In this document: positions 37,700-46,939 of the stretch, piece after piece
Layout: every line of letters starts with the position of its first letter
Position numbering within the stretch: the first letter of the stretch is position 1
DNA from: an uncultured Bacilli bacterium
GTDB lineage: Bacteria > Bacillota_I > Bacilli_A > RF39 > UBA660
Length of the DNA: 64,000 bases
Reading direction: 5' to 3'
Assembly (NCBI GenBank): GCA_963929435.1
Contig: CAWVIV010000014.1
Location: 40,349 to 104,348 of the forward strand
Made by a program: the position numbers and the translations under genes
The notes under the pieces: generated by a model
What the model was told of the DNA's origin: nothing
Database searches by the model: none
What the model saw: the letters and a program-made list of their open reading frames with translations, nothing else

Positions 37700-38962
37700 C
37701 GCTGTGTATTAGATTATAGGGGGTAAAGGTATTTTCAAATACAAGGTTATATAGTATAATGAATATGTCGAAGATGAATATGGAAAGGAAATATCTCTAA
37801 TTAGCCAGTCACTTCTGTATTCATCTTCGACAAATGAATATTTACTTGGCTGGCTAATTAGAGATATTTTTTTGGAAATGTTATGGAACATATAGAAAAT
37901 ATTTATGATTTATTACCTGAAGAAATTGAAGAATTAATTAACAAAATAGTTGAAGCTTTAAATATTGTTAAAGATAGAAAGAACACAAATTCTAGATTTG
38001 TTGATAGTGAGAAAACTTTAATTTTATGTCCAAAATGTAATTCAGAACACGTAATTAAAAATGGGCATGATAAAAATAAAGTTCAATCTTATCAATGCAA
38101 AGATTGTAGTAAAAAATTTAATGCTTGTACTAATACTCTAGTATCACACCTAAAATTAACATATGAACAATTATTGATTTTTTTCGAGTGTATGGATGAT
38201 AAATTATCAATTAGAAAAACAGCAGCTAAAATGAATGTTAATAAGAATACAGTATTTTTGTTACGTCACAAAGTTTTAGATTGCATATCAATAATAAGAG
38301 AAAATATTAAATTAAGAGGTATTGCTGAAGGTGATGAAACATATGAATCTATAAATTTAAAAGGTACAAAGAAAGAAAATATGCCACGTTTTTCTAAACC
38401 TCGTTCATCTAATAATGGAAATTCAAAAAGAGGTATAAATGACCATCAAGTATGTATTGCTTCAGTTATTGACGAAGATGATAATTTCTTTTTAGAAATC
38501 GTTGGTACTGGTCCCATAACTTCATTAGAAGTAGAGAAAGCATTTTCTAATAGATTAAATGATGTAACTTGTTTAATTACAGATTGTAAGACTTCTTATG
38601 AAAAATTCGCTAAAGATAATTCTATAAGATTAGAACAAGTTAAATCAGGAACTTACAAAAATATTAACGGATATAGTTTAGGAAATATTAATTCTTTACA
38701 TTCAGAATGGGCTACGTTTATTTCTAGCTTTAGAGGTGTTTCAACAAAACATTTACAACATTATTTAGATTGGTTTAGTTTTCAAAAAATTATTAGTTAT
38801 ACTACTGAAACATTAAAAAGGCCTTTAACTATGATGAAAAAGGCTACTATTAATAAATGTAATATTAATTCAAATAATGTTTATGATAATTCTTCTGGTA
38901 TTGACTTCAATGAAGTATATGCTGAGTATAACTATTCACCCCTTACAAACTAGTACACAGCG
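37700..38962 (+). mobile_element. IS1595-family insertion sequence (1263 bp) with 8-bp target duplication
   Basis: Ends are CGCTGTGTA... and ...TACACAGCG (inverted). It is flanked by direct ATAGAATT at 37692-37699 and 38963-38970. Confidence 0.85.
37883..38953 (+). CDS. IS1595-family transposase (N-terminal zinc ribbon plus DDE)
   Basis: CPKCNSEH..YQCKDCSKKF zinc ribbon. EGDETY, HQVCIASVIDEDDN and LITDCKTSY form the DDE region. Confidence 0.8.
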   Translation: MEHIENIYDLLPEEIEELINKIVEALNIVKDRKNTNSRFVDSEKTLILCPKCNSEHVIKNGHDKNKVQSYQCKDCSKKFNACTNTLVSHLKLTYEQLLIFFECMDDKLSIRKTAAKMNVNKNTVFLLRHKVLDCISIIRENIKLRGIAEGDETYESINLKGTKKENMPRFSKPRSSNNGNSKRGINDHQVCIASVIDEDDNFFLEIVGTGPITSLEVEKAFSNRLNDVTCLITDCKTSYEKFAKDNSIRLEQVKSGTYKNINGYSLGNINSLHSEWATFISSFRGVSTKHLQHYLDWFSFQKIISYTTETLKRPLTMMKKATINKCNINSNNVYDNSSGIDFNEVYAEYNYSPLTN

Positions 38963-39073
38963 ATAGAATTTATTGATTTATAAAGTTCAAGTGTGATATA
39001 TTATAGTTGTAATGAAGTTTTAGTGGGCGTGTTTTTTAATACGTCCTTTTTTATTTTTAAGCGGGGTGATTAA

Positions 39074-40090
39074 ATGGTTGAATTAGAAGATAAAAGTCGG
39101 TTAAAACCTATGTTATTTGTTGATGAAATGATTTCTTATTTAAAAAATAAGAATATAAAGTTTAATTATATTAGTGAAAACGATGCTCTTAAGTATTTGA
39201 AAAGCAATAATAATTATTATAATTTAACATCATATAAACATAATTTTGAAAAATATATGTTTGATGGAAGATTTGTTGATAAATATATTGATTTAGATTT
39301 TGCATATTTAAAAGACTTGTCTATTATTGATTACAGAGTTAGATTAGTTTTGTTTAAGATGATTATAAATATAGAACATTATTTAAAAATGAAAATATTA
39401 AATACTATTGAAAATATAGATGAAGAGGATGGTTATAGAATAGTTAATTTATATTTAGATAAGGATTTTAATAGTGACAAATTTCCTAAAAAACTACATA
39501 ATAGTATTTTTAAAAAAGTTGGAAGTGAATACTATCAAAAGATATTTTCTAAATATGATATTGATAAAGATAAGAAACTTGAAAATATTCCTATATGGGA
39601 GTTTCTTGAGATTATTACTTTTGGAGAACTTGTGAATTTTTATGAATTTTATACTAAAGAATATGGTTTAAGAGAAGAAAGTAAAGATGTATATATACTT
39701 CGGGATATTGTTAAGTTAAGAAATGCAGTTGCTCATAATTCTTGTATTTTAAGTGATTTAGGAAATAAAAATAATAATTATCCTATATCATATAAAATAA
39801 TTAATTTTTTAGAATCTTGTGATGTTGGTAAAAAAATGAGAATTAAAAAGTTAAGTAATTCAAGAATTAAGCAAATTACATATACACTATATATGTTTAA
39901 TAAAATTGTAACAAGTGATGGTATTAAAGAAAATGTTATAAATGAGATTAATGATTTGTTTTATAATAGAATAATTTATCATAAAGAGTATTATAATAAT
40001 AATGAACTATTAAAATCAGTATATGCTTATTTTGAAAAAATAATTGAAAAATTTTATGTTACAGTTCAGATAGAACATGACAAAAATTAG
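39074..40090 (+). CDS. Abi_2 family (AbiD/AbiF-like) abortive-infection protein; last 10 codons supplied by the IS66-like insertion
   Basis: IDLDFAYLKDLSIIDYRVRLVLFKMIINIEHYLK and the hallmark KLRNAVAHNSCI. The IS left end begins at 40058, inside the ORF. Confidence 0.75.
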   Translation: MVELEDKSRLKPMLFVDEMISYLKNKNIKFNYISENDALKYLKSNNNYYNLTSYKHNFEKYMFDGRFVDKYIDLDFAYLKDLSIIDYRVRLVLFKMIINIEHYLKMKILNTIENIDEEDGYRIVNLYLDKDFNSDKFPKKLHNSIFKKVGSEYYQKIFSKYDIDKDKKLENIPIWEFLEIITFGELVNFYEFYTKEYGLREESKDVYILRDIVKLRNAVAHNSCILSDLGNKNNNYPISYKIINFLESCDVGKKMRIKKLSNSRIKQITYTLYMFNKIVTSDGIKENVINEINDLFYNRIIYHKEYYNNNELLKSVYAYFEKIIEKFYVTVQIEHDKN

Positions 40091-41714
40091 GTAGAACTAT
40101 CAAGTTCTATCTATTTTTATACCCGAACTGTTTTATTACTAAAAACCTCTTTTAAAGAAGAATTTAATGATTTTTTATTTTTAGAACATGTAGATGCAAA
40201 ACTTCTTATAACTACAAAGTTATTCGCTCCTTCAATACTTCTAAACTTACCAATCTTTTGTCTAATCTTTGCAAATCTTAAATCTGCTTCCGCTCTGTTA
40301 TTAGAAAATGGAACATAAAACTTCTTCAAAAATAGTAAATGATTATCTACATATTTTTCTAAACGATTTAGTAATCTTCTCTCATCTTTTTTATAAGAAT
40401 TTGTTTTCAAATCTTTTTTATATTCAAGATTACCTTCTTTTAAGATTTCTAAATATCTATTTTTAAAGCTTTCATATTCTGTATCAGAAATTCTTTCTAT
40501 ACCAGATGCTATTAATTCTTCTTTTCTATTCTTCATTTCTATTAACAATGAAGAAAGTTTCTTAGCCCATTTATGTTCAGTAAAATCTGTAACTCCTTTT
40601 AAATATCTTAAAGCATGAACATTACATTCTGCATTTCCACTTCCATAATTGTAATACATGATAAAGTGGTCATGGACTAATATACCATTAAATTGCTTTA
40701 AAAGTCCAAAGTCCTTTATCGCTTTTTCACCTCTTTTTTTACTAACATATTGTAAAGTATACTTATCATTTGAAATATTATGTATGTAATACTGTTCTCC
40801 ATTAATTTTGATTGGAGTTTCATCAACATGTAAAACGAGACTATTTAATAATTCTTTTTTGATTTTTTCATATTCTGTATTAGATAGTACATCTGATAGT
40901 CCATGAATCCAACTGTATATAGAACCTTTTGATGGAATTAATTTATTATCAGTAAATTCACCAAGTAGTGATTTTATTGCATCTAAAGAAGAACCTTTCA
41001 TATACATTAAGGCACTTATTGATTTTATATTATTTCCATATATTACCGGACTAGAAGTAATGTTTTGAGGAGTAGTTGGATAGTAAACATGTTTTATTAA
41101 GACTTTTTCTACTTTAATATCTATTTCATAAGTTACAATTGGTGTATTATTTTCTGTTAATTTATTTTTATTTTCTTCTACTATTATTATTCTATCAATT
41201 TCTTTATTTTCTATCATTTTATCTATTTTTTCTTTAGTTAAGGTTTCTCCTTTATGACCAACTTGACCACCTTGTTTTTTACCTGATTTCTCGCGGTTAT
41301 TGGTAATTACTTTTTTATATCCATTAGTAGAAGAAGGCTTACTAGAGTTAGAACTATCTTTATCATTATTATTTTTTAATCTTTCAATTTCAAGTAATAA
41401 TTTTTGATTTTTTTTATTTACCTTTTCTAGTTCTTTTGTAAGTTTCTTATTATTCTCATTTAATTCAGATATTATTAATGACATATTAAAGATAGTACTA
41501 TTTGCTTTATCTAACTTTTTATTTAATTCTTCAAATTGTTTATAAAAATCATTTACATATCCTTTTGTTGTCATATCAAATACCTACCTTTGTTTTAATT
41601 ATAAATAAATTGTGTTTTAATTAACAGTCTATTATTTTCTTTTATCTTCTAGTAAAATAGTAATAAAAAAGATAGATTTGACTTTTATTTAGTCTTTTCT
41701 ATCTGAACTGTAAC
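40058..41714 (-). mobile_element. IS66-family (single-ORF, ISBst12-like) insertion sequence (1657 bp) with 8-bp target duplication
   Basis: 18-bp inverted repeats: GTTACAGTTCAGATAGAA (40058-40075) and TTCTATCTGAACTGTAAC (41697-41714). Direct AATTTTAT at 40050-40057 and 41715-41722. Confidence 0.85.
40117..41574 (-). CDS. IS66-family transposase
   Basis: N-terminal leucine-zipper-like coiled coil, HVDETPIKING, AECNVHALRYLK and FSNNRAEADLRFAKIRQKI. Confidence 0.85.
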   Translation of the reverse strand: MTTKGYVNDFYKQFEELNKKLDKANSTIFNMSLIISELNENNKKLTKELEKVNKKNQKLLLEIERLKNNNDKDSSNSSKPSSTNGYKKVITNNREKSGKKQGGQVGHKGETLTKEKIDKMIENKEIDRIIIVEENKNKLTENNTPIVTYEIDIKVEKVLIKHVYYPTTPQNITSSPVIYGNNIKSISALMYMKGSSLDAIKSLLGEFTDNKLIPSKGSIYSWIHGLSDVLSNTEYEKIKKELLNSLVLHVDETPIKINGEQYYIHNISNDKYTLQYVSKKRGEKAIKDFGLLKQFNGILVHDHFIMYYNYGSGNAECNVHALRYLKGVTDFTEHKWAKKLSSLLIEMKNRKEELIASGIERISDTEYESFKNRYLEILKEGNLEYKKDLKTNSYKKDERRLLNRLEKYVDNHLLFLKKFYVPFSNNRAEADLRFAKIRQKIGKFRSIEGANNFVVIRSFASTCSKNKKSLNSSLKEVFSNKTVRV

Positions 41715-41742
41715 AATTTTATAAAAAAATACTGAAAATAGT

Positions 41743-41771
41743 TTGACATAGATAGTAACATATGGTATATT
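41743..41771 (+). promoter_or_regulatory. Promoter upstream of pta
   Basis: TTGACA, 17 nt, TATATT, with a TGg extended -10. Confidence 0.5.
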
Positions 41772-41911
41772 ATTTATGCAAGAAAAAAATGTTGAATCAT
41801 TTTTGCAAGGGCACTGTCTTTAGATGGAGCCCTATTTTTCTTTTGTAATAAATCGTATTTGATATAGACTTAAATCTTTTGCTTTGATAAAATGTTAATG
41901 GAGATGATTTG

Positions 41912-42916
41912 ATGGAATTTATTGATAGAATAAAGATGAGAGTTAAAGATGATTTTAAGAAAATAGTTTTACCTGAATCTAATGATGTTAGAGTTTTAGA
42001 GGCTGCTTCTACTATTAAAAAAGAAGCTTTCGCTGATATTATTTTAGTGGGTAAGGAAAGTGAGATAGAAAGTCTTGCTAAAGATAATAATATTGATATT
42101 AATGGTGTTACTATTATTAATCCTGACACTTTTAGTGACAGTGAAAAGTTAATTAATGATTATTATGAACTTAGAAAACATAAAGGTATTAGTTTAGAAG
42201 ATGCTAAGAATACTATTTTAAATGATTATGTTTATTTTGCTAATATGTTAGTTAAAGATGGCTATGCTGATGGTGTTGTGTCTGGAGCATGTCATAGTAG
42301 TGCTGATACATTAAGACCTGCTTTACAGATAATTAAGACTAGTAAAGATACAAAAGTTGCTTCTGCTTTCTTTTTAATGGTTGTTCCTAATTGTGAATAT
42401 GGTTCTAATGGAGTGTTTGTTTATTCTGATTGTGGAATGATTCAAAATCCTAGTAGTGAAGAGTTAGTAGAGATTGGAAAAGAGAGTGCTAAAACATTTA
42501 AATTATTAGTAGAAGAGGAGCCTGTAGTTGCCTTTTTATCTCATTCTACTTTTGGTTCTTCTAAATGTGCTGATGTTGATAAAGTAGTGAAGGCAGTTGA
42601 GATCGCTAAGAAAGAGTATCCTGATATTAATTTAGATGGAGAGTTACAATTTGATGCTGCTGTCGTTCCAGAGGTTGCTAAGAGTAAAGCTCCTAATAGT
42701 AAAGTAGCAGGTAAAGCTAATGTCTTGATATTTCCAGATTTAGATGCAGGAAACATTGGTTATAAAATTACAGAGCGTCTTGCTCATGCTAAAGCATATG
42801 GGCCTGTTACCCAAGGCCTTGCTAAACCTGTTAATGATTTATCACGTGGTTGCAATGCTAATGATATAGTAGGCGTTGTGGCAATTACGGCTTTACAAGC
42901 GATGAATAGTAAGTAG
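41912..42916 (+). CDS. pta: Phosphate acetyltransferase
   Basis: About 334 aa. IVLPESNDVRVLEAA, SGACHSSADTLRPALQIIKT and a Pta-type C-terminus. Confidence 0.9.
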   Translation: MEFIDRIKMRVKDDFKKIVLPESNDVRVLEAASTIKKEAFADIILVGKESEIESLAKDNNIDINGVTIINPDTFSDSEKLINDYYELRKHKGISLEDAKNTILNDYVYFANMLVKDGYADGVVSGACHSSADTLRPALQIIKTSKDTKVASAFFLMVVPNCEYGSNGVFVYSDCGMIQNPSSEELVEIGKESAKTFKLLVEEEPVVAFLSHSTFGSSKCADVDKVVKAVEIAKKEYPDINLDGELQFDAAVVPEVAKSKAPNSKVAGKANVLIFPDLDAGNIGYKITERLAHAKAYGPVTQGLAKPVNDLSRGCNANDIVGVVAITALQAMNSK

Positions 42917-42923
42917 GTGGGTT

Positions 42924-43676
42924 ATGAAGATAGTATCTTTTAATGTGGCAGGTTTTAGAGCATGTTTAAAGAAAGGTTTTGAAGATTTCTTTAAAGAAAG
43001 TAATGCTGATGTTTATTGCCTACAGGAAGTAAAAGCAGTTGAAAGTGAGATTCCATTTAGACCGGAGGGGTATAACTTTTATTTAAATACTGCTGATAAG
43101 AAAGGTTATTCTGGGGTGGCTGTTTATTCTAGAGTTAAACCTCTTGACGTGGCATATGGAATTGATGTTGATATTCATGACCATGAAGGAAGAGTTATAA
43201 CACTTGAATACGATAACTTTTTCTTAGTTTGTGTATATGTTCCTAATGTAAAGCGAGACTTGTCAAGACTTGATTATCGAATGACTTGGGAAAAAGACTT
43301 CCTTAAATATTTACAGAGTCTTGATAAGAAGAAACCTGTTATTGTTTGTGGAGACTTTAATGTTGCTCATAAAGAAATAGATCTTGCTAATCCTAAAGGT
43401 AATGTTGGTAATGCTGGTTTTACTATTGAAGAACGAGATGCTTTTACAAGACTATTAGATGGAGGCTTTACTGATGTTTATCGTTATTTATATAAAGATA
43501 AAACAGATGCTTATACTTGGTGGAGTTATATGGGTAGAGCAAGAGAGAAAAATATAGGTTGGAGAATTGACTATTTTCTAGTGTCAAACAGATTTATAGA
43601 TAATGTAAAGGATATGAGAATTGACAGTGATGTGTTTGGAAGTGATCACTGTCCAATAGAGTTAGAAGTTAAATAA
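42924..43676 (+). CDS. xth: Exodeoxyribonuclease III
   Basis: MKIVSFNVAGFRA, LQEVK, GDFNVAH and SDHCPI motifs. 250 aa. Confidence 0.9.
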   Translation: MKIVSFNVAGFRACLKKGFEDFFKESNADVYCLQEVKAVESEIPFRPEGYNFYLNTADKKGYSGVAVYSRVKPLDVAYGIDVDIHDHEGRVITLEYDNFFLVCVYVPNVKRDLSRLDYRMTWEKDFLKYLQSLDKKKPVIVCGDFNVAHKEIDLANPKGNVGNAGFTIEERDAFTRLLDGGFTDVYRYLYKDKTDAYTWWSYMGRAREKNIGWRIDYFLVSNRFIDNVKDMRIDSDVFGSDHCPIELEVK

Positions 43677-43805
43677 AAAGTTTATATTTTGATAATTTAG
43701 AAAAATAAATGCTAATGTACTTAGGAAAAGCTATCACGAAAATGTAGATAGTTTTTCTTTTGGTGTGATATAATATATTTGTATTTGCAAGAAAGTAGTG
43801 ATGCT

Positions 43806-44516
43806 ATGGATCAAGAGAAAATTGGTAAATTTATAAAGAAACTTAGAAAAGATAATAATTTAACTCAAGATGAACTTGCTAAGAAGTTAGGAGTTACTTA
43901 TCAAGCGGTTAGTAAATGGGAGAATGGGAAAAGTATCCCTGATATCGCTATCCTTAAAACTATTAGTGAGATATTTAATGTTAATATAGATGAGTTGTTA
44001 GAGGGAACTGTTAAAGATAGGAAGAAGTTAAATAAGAAAATACTTATTCCAATATCAGTTTTAGGTATTTGTCTTATAGGAATATTGGTGTTTTTTGTCG
44101 CTCATAAAGAAACTTATGAATTTAAAGTGTTAGAGACTGATTCTAATGATTTTGATGTTAGTGGAGTACTTGCCTTTTCGCCTGATAAGTCATCTATTTA
44201 TATATCTAGTATTAACTATAATAATAGTGATGATGATACAGAATATAAGAGTTTAAGTTGTAATCTTTATGATGTTAATGGTGATGCTAAGACTAAGATT
44301 AGTAGTTGTAAAAGTGATAATAGTGATGTAGAGACTCTTAAAGATTTACTTAGTAATATAGATTTTACAGTAGATGATTATGCTAGTAGTTGTAAGTTGT
44401 TTAAAGATAATCAGTTAGTATTAGAGATTAATGCTACTAGTCTTGACGATAAGATTGTTACTTATGAAATTCCTTTAAGTTTTGATGATAATTGTTTAGA
44501 CTCAACTGATAGTTGA
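43806..44516 (+). CDS. Membrane-anchored XRE-family HTH regulator
   Basis: LTQDELAKKLGVTYQAVSKWENG helix-turn-helix, then a TM helix and an extracytoplasmic domain. An extended -10 (TGATATAAT) at 43766-43774 excludes the TTG 43779 start. Confidence 0.75.
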   Translation: MDQEKIGKFIKKLRKDNNLTQDELAKKLGVTYQAVSKWENGKSIPDIAILKTISEIFNVNIDELLEGTVKDRKKLNKKILIPISVLGICLIGILVFFVAHKETYEFKVLETDSNDFDVSGVLAFSPDKSSIYISSINYNNSDDDTEYKSLSCNLYDVNGDAKTKISSCKSDNSDVETLKDLLSNIDFTVDDYASSCKLFKDNQLVLEINATSLDDKIVTYEIPLSFDDNCLDSTDS

Positions 44517-44586
44517 GTTTTTTCAACTGCTGTTTTATTTACTTAGTGGTTTTTTAAAAGTAAAATGAAAATGTGGAGGAGATTTT

Positions 44587-46533
44587 ATGAAGAAGAAAAT
44601 TGTTATTATAGTTATTATAATTATTTTAGTGTTAGTTTTAGGAACTTTTTTAGTCTTGAATGATTTAAGTACTAATAATAAAGAAGTAGAACTTGTTAGT
44701 AGCTTAATAGATAAGGAAAGTAAATTAGAGGATGATTTTCCTACGGAACTTAAGGATATTGATAATGCTGATGTTATAGTTAATCCTTATGAGATATCAC
44801 CTTTAACGGCATTAATTATCTTTAAGACTGAGAAGTCCGTTAGTCCTAAAGTTACTATAGAAGGCGATGATGAACTTACGACATTTACTCATACTTTTGA
44901 TGAGGGGAATGAACATTATTTACCTATTTATGGACTTTATCCTGATAGAGATAATAGAGTAGTTGTAGAATATGGTGATGTAAGAAAAGAGTTTACTATT
45001 ACTACGGAAGCTTTACCAGATGATTTTATATTACCAACTAGTGTTGATGCTGATAAAAGTGAACTTTCTAATGATTTATATTTCTTTACACCATCTAGTA
45101 ATGGTTATACTTGTGCTTATGATGTTAATGGTGATGTGAGATGGTATTTAACTACTAATGCTATTTGGGAGATTAATAGACTTGATAATGGACATTTAAT
45201 GGTTAGTACGGAAAGATTAGTTAATAGTCCTTATTATATGACTGGTTTATATGAGATGGATATGTTAGGTAAGATATATAAAGAGTATAGTTTACCGGGA
45301 GGGTATCATCATGATTATTATGAAATGCCTAATGGTAATTTATTAGTCGCTAGTGATGACTTTAATAGTGGTGAAGGTACGGTTGAAGATTATGTTGTGG
45401 AAATAGATAGAGAAACTGGAGATATTGTTAAACATTTTGATTTAAAAGATATCTTAAATATGGAAGATGGTAAGAGTGAAAACTGGACACAGTATGACTG
45501 GTTCCATAATAATTCTGTTTGGTATGATGAAAAGACTAATTCCATAACATTATCTGGAAGACATCAAGATGCTGTTATTAATATAGATTATGATAGTGGG
45601 GATTTAAACTGGATAATAGGTGATTCTACTAATTGGAGCGAAGAATATCAGAAGTATTTCTTTAAACCTGTAGGTGCTAATTTTGAATGGCAATGGAGTC
45701 AACATGCTGCGATGATTACTCCAGAAGGCTATGTGTTCTTATTCGATAATGGTAATAATAAGTCTAAAATTAAAGATGAATATGTTCCTGCAGATAAGAG
45801 TTATTCACGTGGAGTTATGTATAAGATAGATACAGATAATATGACTATTGAACAAGTCTTTGAATATGGAAAAGAACGTGGTAGTGAATTTTATTCTCCT
45901 TATATTTCTGATGTTGATTACTTAGATAGTGACCATTATATAATTCATTCTGGTGGTATAGTTTATGTAGATGGAAAGAATTCTAATCAACCTGCAGGAA
46001 TTGGTGGAGCGGATAAGTTAGTAAGCGATACAGTGGAATATAAGGATGGTGAAGTTATTTTTGAAATAGTTTTACCTACTAATAATTATCGAGTAGAAAA
46101 GATGAGTTTATATCCAGAAGATGAAAACTTTACTTTAGATAAGGTAAAGCGAGTTGGTAGTTTAGGAGAAACTCCTGTTACTAGTAGTGAGTTAGGTTTT
46201 GTTTTAAATAGTAAAGATTTTAAGGATATAGAAAAAGAACATAATATTAGTATTACTAAAGAGGTTGATAGATTAGTATTTACTGGTAAATTTAAAAGAG
46301 GTACTGATGTTAATGTTATTCTTTATAAAAATGGTACTAAAAATATTTATAATGTTCCTATAAGTAAGAAGCCTTATACTGCTTTATGTGTTGATATATT
46401 TACAGAAGAAGAGACTAAAGAAGGAATTAGTGTTACTAAATATATTAATGAAGATGGACTAAGTGGAAAATATTCTATTTATGTAGATGTAGATGGTATT
46501 ATTTATAATACTAATAGATATGTAGAATTTTAA
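44587..46533 (+). CDS. Arylsulfotransferase (ASST)-family beta-propeller protein, signal-anchored
   Basis: N-terminal TM/signal. GGYHHDYYEMPNGNLLV, WFHNNSVWYD and WSQHAAMITPEGYVFLFDNGN resemble ASST repeats. Confidence 0.55.
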   Translation: MKKKIVIIVIIIILVLVLGTFLVLNDLSTNNKEVELVSSLIDKESKLEDDFPTELKDIDNADVIVNPYEISPLTALIIFKTEKSVSPKVTIEGDDELTTFTHTFDEGNEHYLPIYGLYPDRDNRVVVEYGDVRKEFTITTEALPDDFILPTSVDADKSELSNDLYFFTPSSNGYTCAYDVNGDVRWYLTTNAIWEINRLDNGHLMVSTERLVNSPYYMTGLYEMDMLGKIYKEYSLPGGYHHDYYEMPNGNLLVASDDFNSGEGTVEDYVVEIDRETGDIVKHFDLKDILNMEDGKSENWTQYDWFHNNSVWYDEKTNSITLSGRHQDAVINIDYDSGDLNWIIGDSTNWSEEYQKYFFKPVGANFEWQWSQHAAMITPEGYVFLFDNGNNKSKIKDEYVPADKSYSRGVMYKIDTDNMTIEQVFEYGKERGSEFYSPYISDVDYLDSDHYIIHSGGIVYVDGKNSNQPAGIGGADKLVSDTVEYKDGEVIFEIVLPTNNYRVEKMSLYPEDENFTLDKVKRVGSLGETPVTSSELGFVLNSKDFKDIEKEHNISITKEVDRLVFTGKFKRGTDVNVILYKNGTKNIYNVPISKKPYTALCVDIFTEEETKEGISVTKYINEDGLSGKYSIYVDVDGIIYNTNRYVEF

Positions 46534-46657
46534 AAATAAAAATTTGCATAAATGTAATAATTATGATATGATGTATATGTAAGAAGAAATTTCATACAAT
46601 ATAAAAAGAGGAACAATTCAATTTATCGAGTGAATGTCGCCTCCAAAGATTGGTTTT

Positions 46658-46690
46658 GACACTCAAACATATTTGTTGAGTGTCGTTTTT
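46658..46690 (+). terminator. Plus-strand rho-independent terminator overlapping the stop codon of the minus-strand small ORF
   Basis: GACACTCAAaCAtatttgTTGAGTGTC hairpin followed by GTTTTT. Confidence 0.6.
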
Positions 46691-46781
46691 ATATTTTAAT
46701 GGCTATTACCAATATGGCAAGGCTTAAAATAATAAAAGCAAGAGACTTTAAAAGTCTTAATATAAAAGTTTTGATTTTCAT
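46689..46781 (-). CDS. 30-aa hydrophobic peptide, candidate type I toxin (MKIKTFILRLLKSLAFIILSLAILVIAIKI)
   Basis: GAAAGGAGG SD 10 nt upstream. Its own TTGCTA-17-TAATAT promoter lies at 46875-46847. A single TM helix has Lys-rich ends. A 5'-UTR anti-SD (CUCCUU) is present. Confidence 0.5.
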   Translation of the reverse strand: MKIKTFILRLLKSLAFIILSLAILVIAIKI

Positions 46782-46939
46782 ATTTTTCAAGCCTCCTTTC
46801 ATAAATTGGAAGGAGACGACACTCATATTGAAATGTTCCTATAAATATATTATCAAATTAAATTTTATATAGCAAGAGAAAATGTAATAAATTAGTTACG
46901 AATTTTCGTAATATTAAATGTATTAAGGCAGTGATATTT

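Noticed and set aside
41772-41908. Hairpin AGGGC..16 nt..GCCCT plus a T-run in the pta leader, as a possible riboswitch or attenuator
   Set aside because: The stem is only 5 bp with a large loop, and there is no recognisable riboswitch core. It is too weak to call.
41797-42129. Minus-strand 110-aa ORF overlapping the pta start and promoter
   Set aside because: It is antisense to a confidently identified pta gene, and the Ser/Leu/Ile-rich sequence is an artefact.
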